Assembly (NCBI GenBank): GCA_014729135.1 | Contig: WJKK01000001.1 | Span: forward strand, 695,407 to 728,918 | Reading direction: 5' to 3' | DNA: 33,512 nt | Source: a candidate division WWE3 bacterium | GTDB lineage: Bacteria > Patescibacteriota > WWE3 > UBA101185 > UBA10185 | The notes under the pieces: model-generated | Database searches by the model: none | What the model was told of the DNA's origin: nothing | What the model saw: only the letters and a program-made list of their open reading frames with translations | Shown here: piece after piece, positions 31,229-33,512 of the stretch | Position numbering within the stretch: the stretch's first letter is position 1 | Layout of the letters: each line of letters begins with the position of its first letter | Translations under genes and position numbers: made by a program

Positions 31229-31290
31229 CTCCCCCATAAATACACAATACTATCCCTCCCGCATCGCTTTAAACACCACCCACGACAAAG

Positions 31291-31296
31291 TATAAT
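31291..31296 (+). promoter_or_regulatory. Consensus -10 (TATAAT), 7 nt before the recG ATG
   Basis: tataat at 31291-31296 and ATG at 31304. No SD. Confidence 0.4.
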
Positions 31297-31303
31297 ACTC
31301 CAG

Positions 31304-33355
31304 ATGAAACTTGATGATAAAGTTACAAAAGTACCTCAAGTAGGCCCAAAATCCAAAGAAAAACTTGCAAACCTAAAAATTGAAACCATAAAAGACCTCC
31401 TTTATCACTTTCCCTTTCGCTACGAGGACCGCTCAAAAATAGAAAACATCCAAAACGTCCTTAAAAGTCATCAAAATGGCAAAGACACGCAAAATCCCGT
31501 TACTATAAAGGCAAAACTCACCAAAATTAAAAACATTTACACAAAAAATTGCAAGCGCCTTACAAGGGCAGCAGCTCAAGACGAAACCGGCGAAATTCAA
31601 CTTATCTGGTTTAATATGCACTATTTAAAGCGGTCGCTTAGAGTAGGGGAGACCTATTTGATTAGCGGGAAGGTTGGCACTTTTAGTGGGAAAACTTCGC
31701 TGATTGTGCCTCAAATGGAAAAGGAGCAGGTGACAAACCTACATATTGGACGTATTGTCCCTATTTATCATCAAACGGAAGGTATTAGCTCACGTTGGCT
31801 GCGTTCCAGGATTAACGACGTCTTGGCGGGGGTTGAGGAGGAAAAATTTGGTGGGCTTGTTGAGGAGTTTTTGCCGGAGAAATTGCTAGAAAAGTATGCG
31901 CATTTGGTTTTAGGCGAGGCTTTAAAGCAGATTCACTTTCCGGATGATTTTGATTTGCTGGAAAAGGCGCGGGCTCGGCTGGGTTATAACGAGCTTTTTC
32001 ATGAGCTTGTGCGTGTGGAAAAGGTTAAGCAAAAGTGGGAGCTGCAGCATAATCCGGTGGAGATTGACTTTGATGAGGGGATTTTGGAGGATTTTGTGGA
32101 GAAGCTGCCTTTTAGGCTTACTAATGAGCAGATAGTGGCTGTGGAGGAGATTCTGGAGGACTTTAGGGAGGGGGCAGCGGGGCTTCCAATGAATCGATTG
32201 CTGGAGGGGGATGTGGGGACAGGCAAGACGGTGGTGGCTATTGTGGCGGCGCTTGCTAACTTGGAGTCAGGACGAAATGTTTTGTATATGGCTCCTACGG
32301 AGATTCTGGCCCGGCAGCACTTTGCAACGTTTGCTAAATTCCTACCTGAGAAGTGGAGACCGTACCTACAGCTCGTAACAGGGGACAGTCCTCGCAGAGG
32401 ACTGTCCCCTGAGAGGACTGTCCTTTCAAAGGACAGTCCCCTCATCACTATAGGCACGCACGCGCTACTTTACAAAAAGCAGAAATACAAAAACGTAGGG
32501 CTTGTAATCATCGACGAACAGCACCGCTTTGGCGTAGAACAACGAGAAAAACTCCTTAGTTACAACAGCGACAAAACCACTCCACATCTTCTAACCATGA
32601 CCGCAACACCCATTCCAAGAACGTTGGCGCTTACCTTGTATGGCGACCTGGAAATTAGCACGCTAACCGAAAAACCCCGCAAAGAAGCGAAAATCATCAC
32701 CAAAGTTGTGCCTAACTCCAAGCGAAAAGAAATCTTCAAGTGGATAGCAGCCAAAAACGAGCCCACCTTCATAGTTTGCCCTTTTGTAGAGGAAAGCACA
32801 CATCCGGCGTTCGCTGACGTGAAAGCAGCTACAACCGAATATGAAACCCTTAAAAAAGGCGCACTTAAAGGCAAGAAAGTAGGCGTTTTGCATGGGCAGC
32901 TTTCCTCACAAGAAAAGCAAAAAGTGGTGGAAAAGTTTGAAAAAGGCAAGTTGGACGTTTTGGTCTCCACGCCGGTCATAGAGGTGGGCATAGACATTCC
33001 CGATGCAACTGTTATGGTTATTGAAAGTGCTGAAAGGTTTGGGTTGGCTTCGCTTCATCAGTTGAGGGGGCGTGTAGGGCGTGGCAAAAAAGATGGTTAT
33101 TGTTTTGTTTTTGCCAGTAGTGAGGAAAAGGAGCGGGGGGAGTCTAATGCTATTAAGCGTTTGAAGAATTTGGAGAAGTTTGAGGATGGTTTGAGTTTGG
33201 CGGAGATTGATTTGAAGATGCGTGGGCCGGGGGAGATTTATGGAGTGGAGCAGCATGGGTTTAAGAATTTTAAGATTGCAGATTTGAGCGATATTAACTT
33301 GATTGAAAATGTGAAAAAGGATGTTAAGATGTACCTCGAAAGTTTTCAAGGATGA
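31304..33355 (+). CDS. recG: ATP-dependent DNA helicase RecG
   Basis: The start was moved from the track's 31100 to Met 31304 (MKLDDKVTKVPQVGPKSKEKL..LYHFPFRYEDRS). Wedge domain, GDVGTGKT, MAPTEILARQH, DEQHRFG, TATPIPRT and QLRGRVGRG are all present. Confidence 0.9.
   Translation: MKLDDKVTKVPQVGPKSKEKLANLKIETIKDLLYHFPFRYEDRSKIENIQNVLKSHQNGKDTQNPVTIKAKLTKIKNIYTKNCKRLTRAAAQDETGEIQLIWFNMHYLKRSLRVGETYLISGKVGTFSGKTSLIVPQMEKEQVTNLHIGRIVPIYHQTEGISSRWLRSRINDVLAGVEEEKFGGLVEEFLPEKLLEKYAHLVLGEALKQIHFPDDFDLLEKARARLGYNELFHELVRVEKVKQKWELQHNPVEIDFDEGILEDFVEKLPFRLTNEQIVAVEEILEDFREGAAGLPMNRLLEGDVGTGKTVVAIVAALANLESGRNVLYMAPTEILARQHFATFAKFLPEKWRPYLQLVTGDSPRRGLSPERTVLSKDSPLITIGTHALLYKKQKYKNVGLVIIDEQHRFGVEQREKLLSYNSDKTTPHLLTMTATPIPRTLALTLYGDLEISTLTEKPRKEAKIITKVVPNSKRKEIFKWIAAKNEPTFIVCPFVEESTHPAFADVKAATTEYETLKKGALKGKKVGVLHGQLSSQEKQKVVEKFEKGKLDVLVSTPVIEVGIDIPDATVMVIESAERFGLASLHQLRGRVGRGKKDGYCFVFASSEEKERGESNAIKRLKNLEKFEDGLSLAEIDLKMRGPGEIYGVEQHGFKNFKIADLSDINLIENVKKDVKMYLESFQG
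32381..32443. repeat. In-frame GC-rich double palindrome inside recG
   Basis: The first palindrome is ggggacagtcctc gca gaggactgtcccc, a 13-bp perfect stem. The second is gaggactgtcc tttcaaa ggacagtcccctc. Together they encode GDSPRRGLSPERTVLSKDSPL. Confidence 0.85.
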
Positions 33356-33489
33356 TCCTTAGTTAAGCAGGTGCTTTTCCTTTTTATAGAAGGACAGAAG
33401 TGGGATTAGACCAAGGATAATCCTTGAAAAGCGTGCCTGAATCACTTTAACGAAAAGACGTAAGAGGTATTTACACAAGGATAATCCTT
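33347..33489. repeat. Three copies of the 14-bp palindrome CAAGGAT(A/G)ATCCTT at 64-65 bp spacing
   Basis: Copies lie at 33347-33360 (it contains the recG stop), 33412-33425 and 33476-33489. Each is followed by an A-rich tract. The series reaches the window edge. Confidence 0.8.
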
Positions 33490-33512
33490 AAAAACGAGAA
33501 CATGTTAAGAAT

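Noticed and set aside
31100-31303. ORF-track start of recG at 31100
   Set aside because: The upstream extension overlaps the small GC-rich ORF and its hairpin and has no RecG similarity. The conserved RecG N-terminus begins at Met 31304, right after a TATAAT.
31999-32457. 152-aa minus-strand ORF inside recG
   Set aside because: It is antisense to recG. Its N-terminal peptide mirrors the sense peptide only because of the palindromic element.
33347-33512. CRISPR array at the right edge
   Set aside because: The repeated core is only 14-19 nt and is itself a perfect palindrome. Only three copies are visible and no cas genes lie in the window.

Overview
AT-rich bacterial chromosomal segment; hand-counted 60-nt blocks range from about 30% to 58% GC. 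Most of it is housekeeping: tig-clpP, tRNA-Val, truB, thrS-infC-rpmI-rplT-pheS-pheT, a class A PBP, tyrS and recG. Several of these proteins are domain-minimised: trigger factor lacks the PPIase domain, ThrRS lacks TGS, and PheT lacks the B2 OB domain. Many genes sit 6-9 nt downstream of an extended -10 (TGnTAnAAT) promoter. Together these suggest a reduced-genome, CPR/Patescibacteria-like organism, which is inference. TGA is used as a stop, so standard code 11 applies. The accessory content is what deserves a second look. (1) 9.9-17.4 kb holds an operon of two TasA/camelysin-like proteins with SipW-type signal peptides, a SipW-type signal peptidase, a lamin-tail-domain protein, a bipartite LPATG surface protein and a sortase. 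(2) 28.3-29.3 kb is a GC-richer cassette of four translationally coupled 65-76 aa ORFs that look like paralogous helical hairpins, with a fifth similar ORF on the other side of tyrS. (3) There is a MerR-HTH/GHKL-ATPase plus STAS-like pair. (4) ClpP has its catalytic Asp replaced by Asn. (5) recG carries an in-frame GC-rich double palindrome. (6) At window scale, coding strands start C>=G and end G>>C on both strands, and two ORFs show two such cycles. All calls come from reading the sequence and the ORF track; no database search was run.
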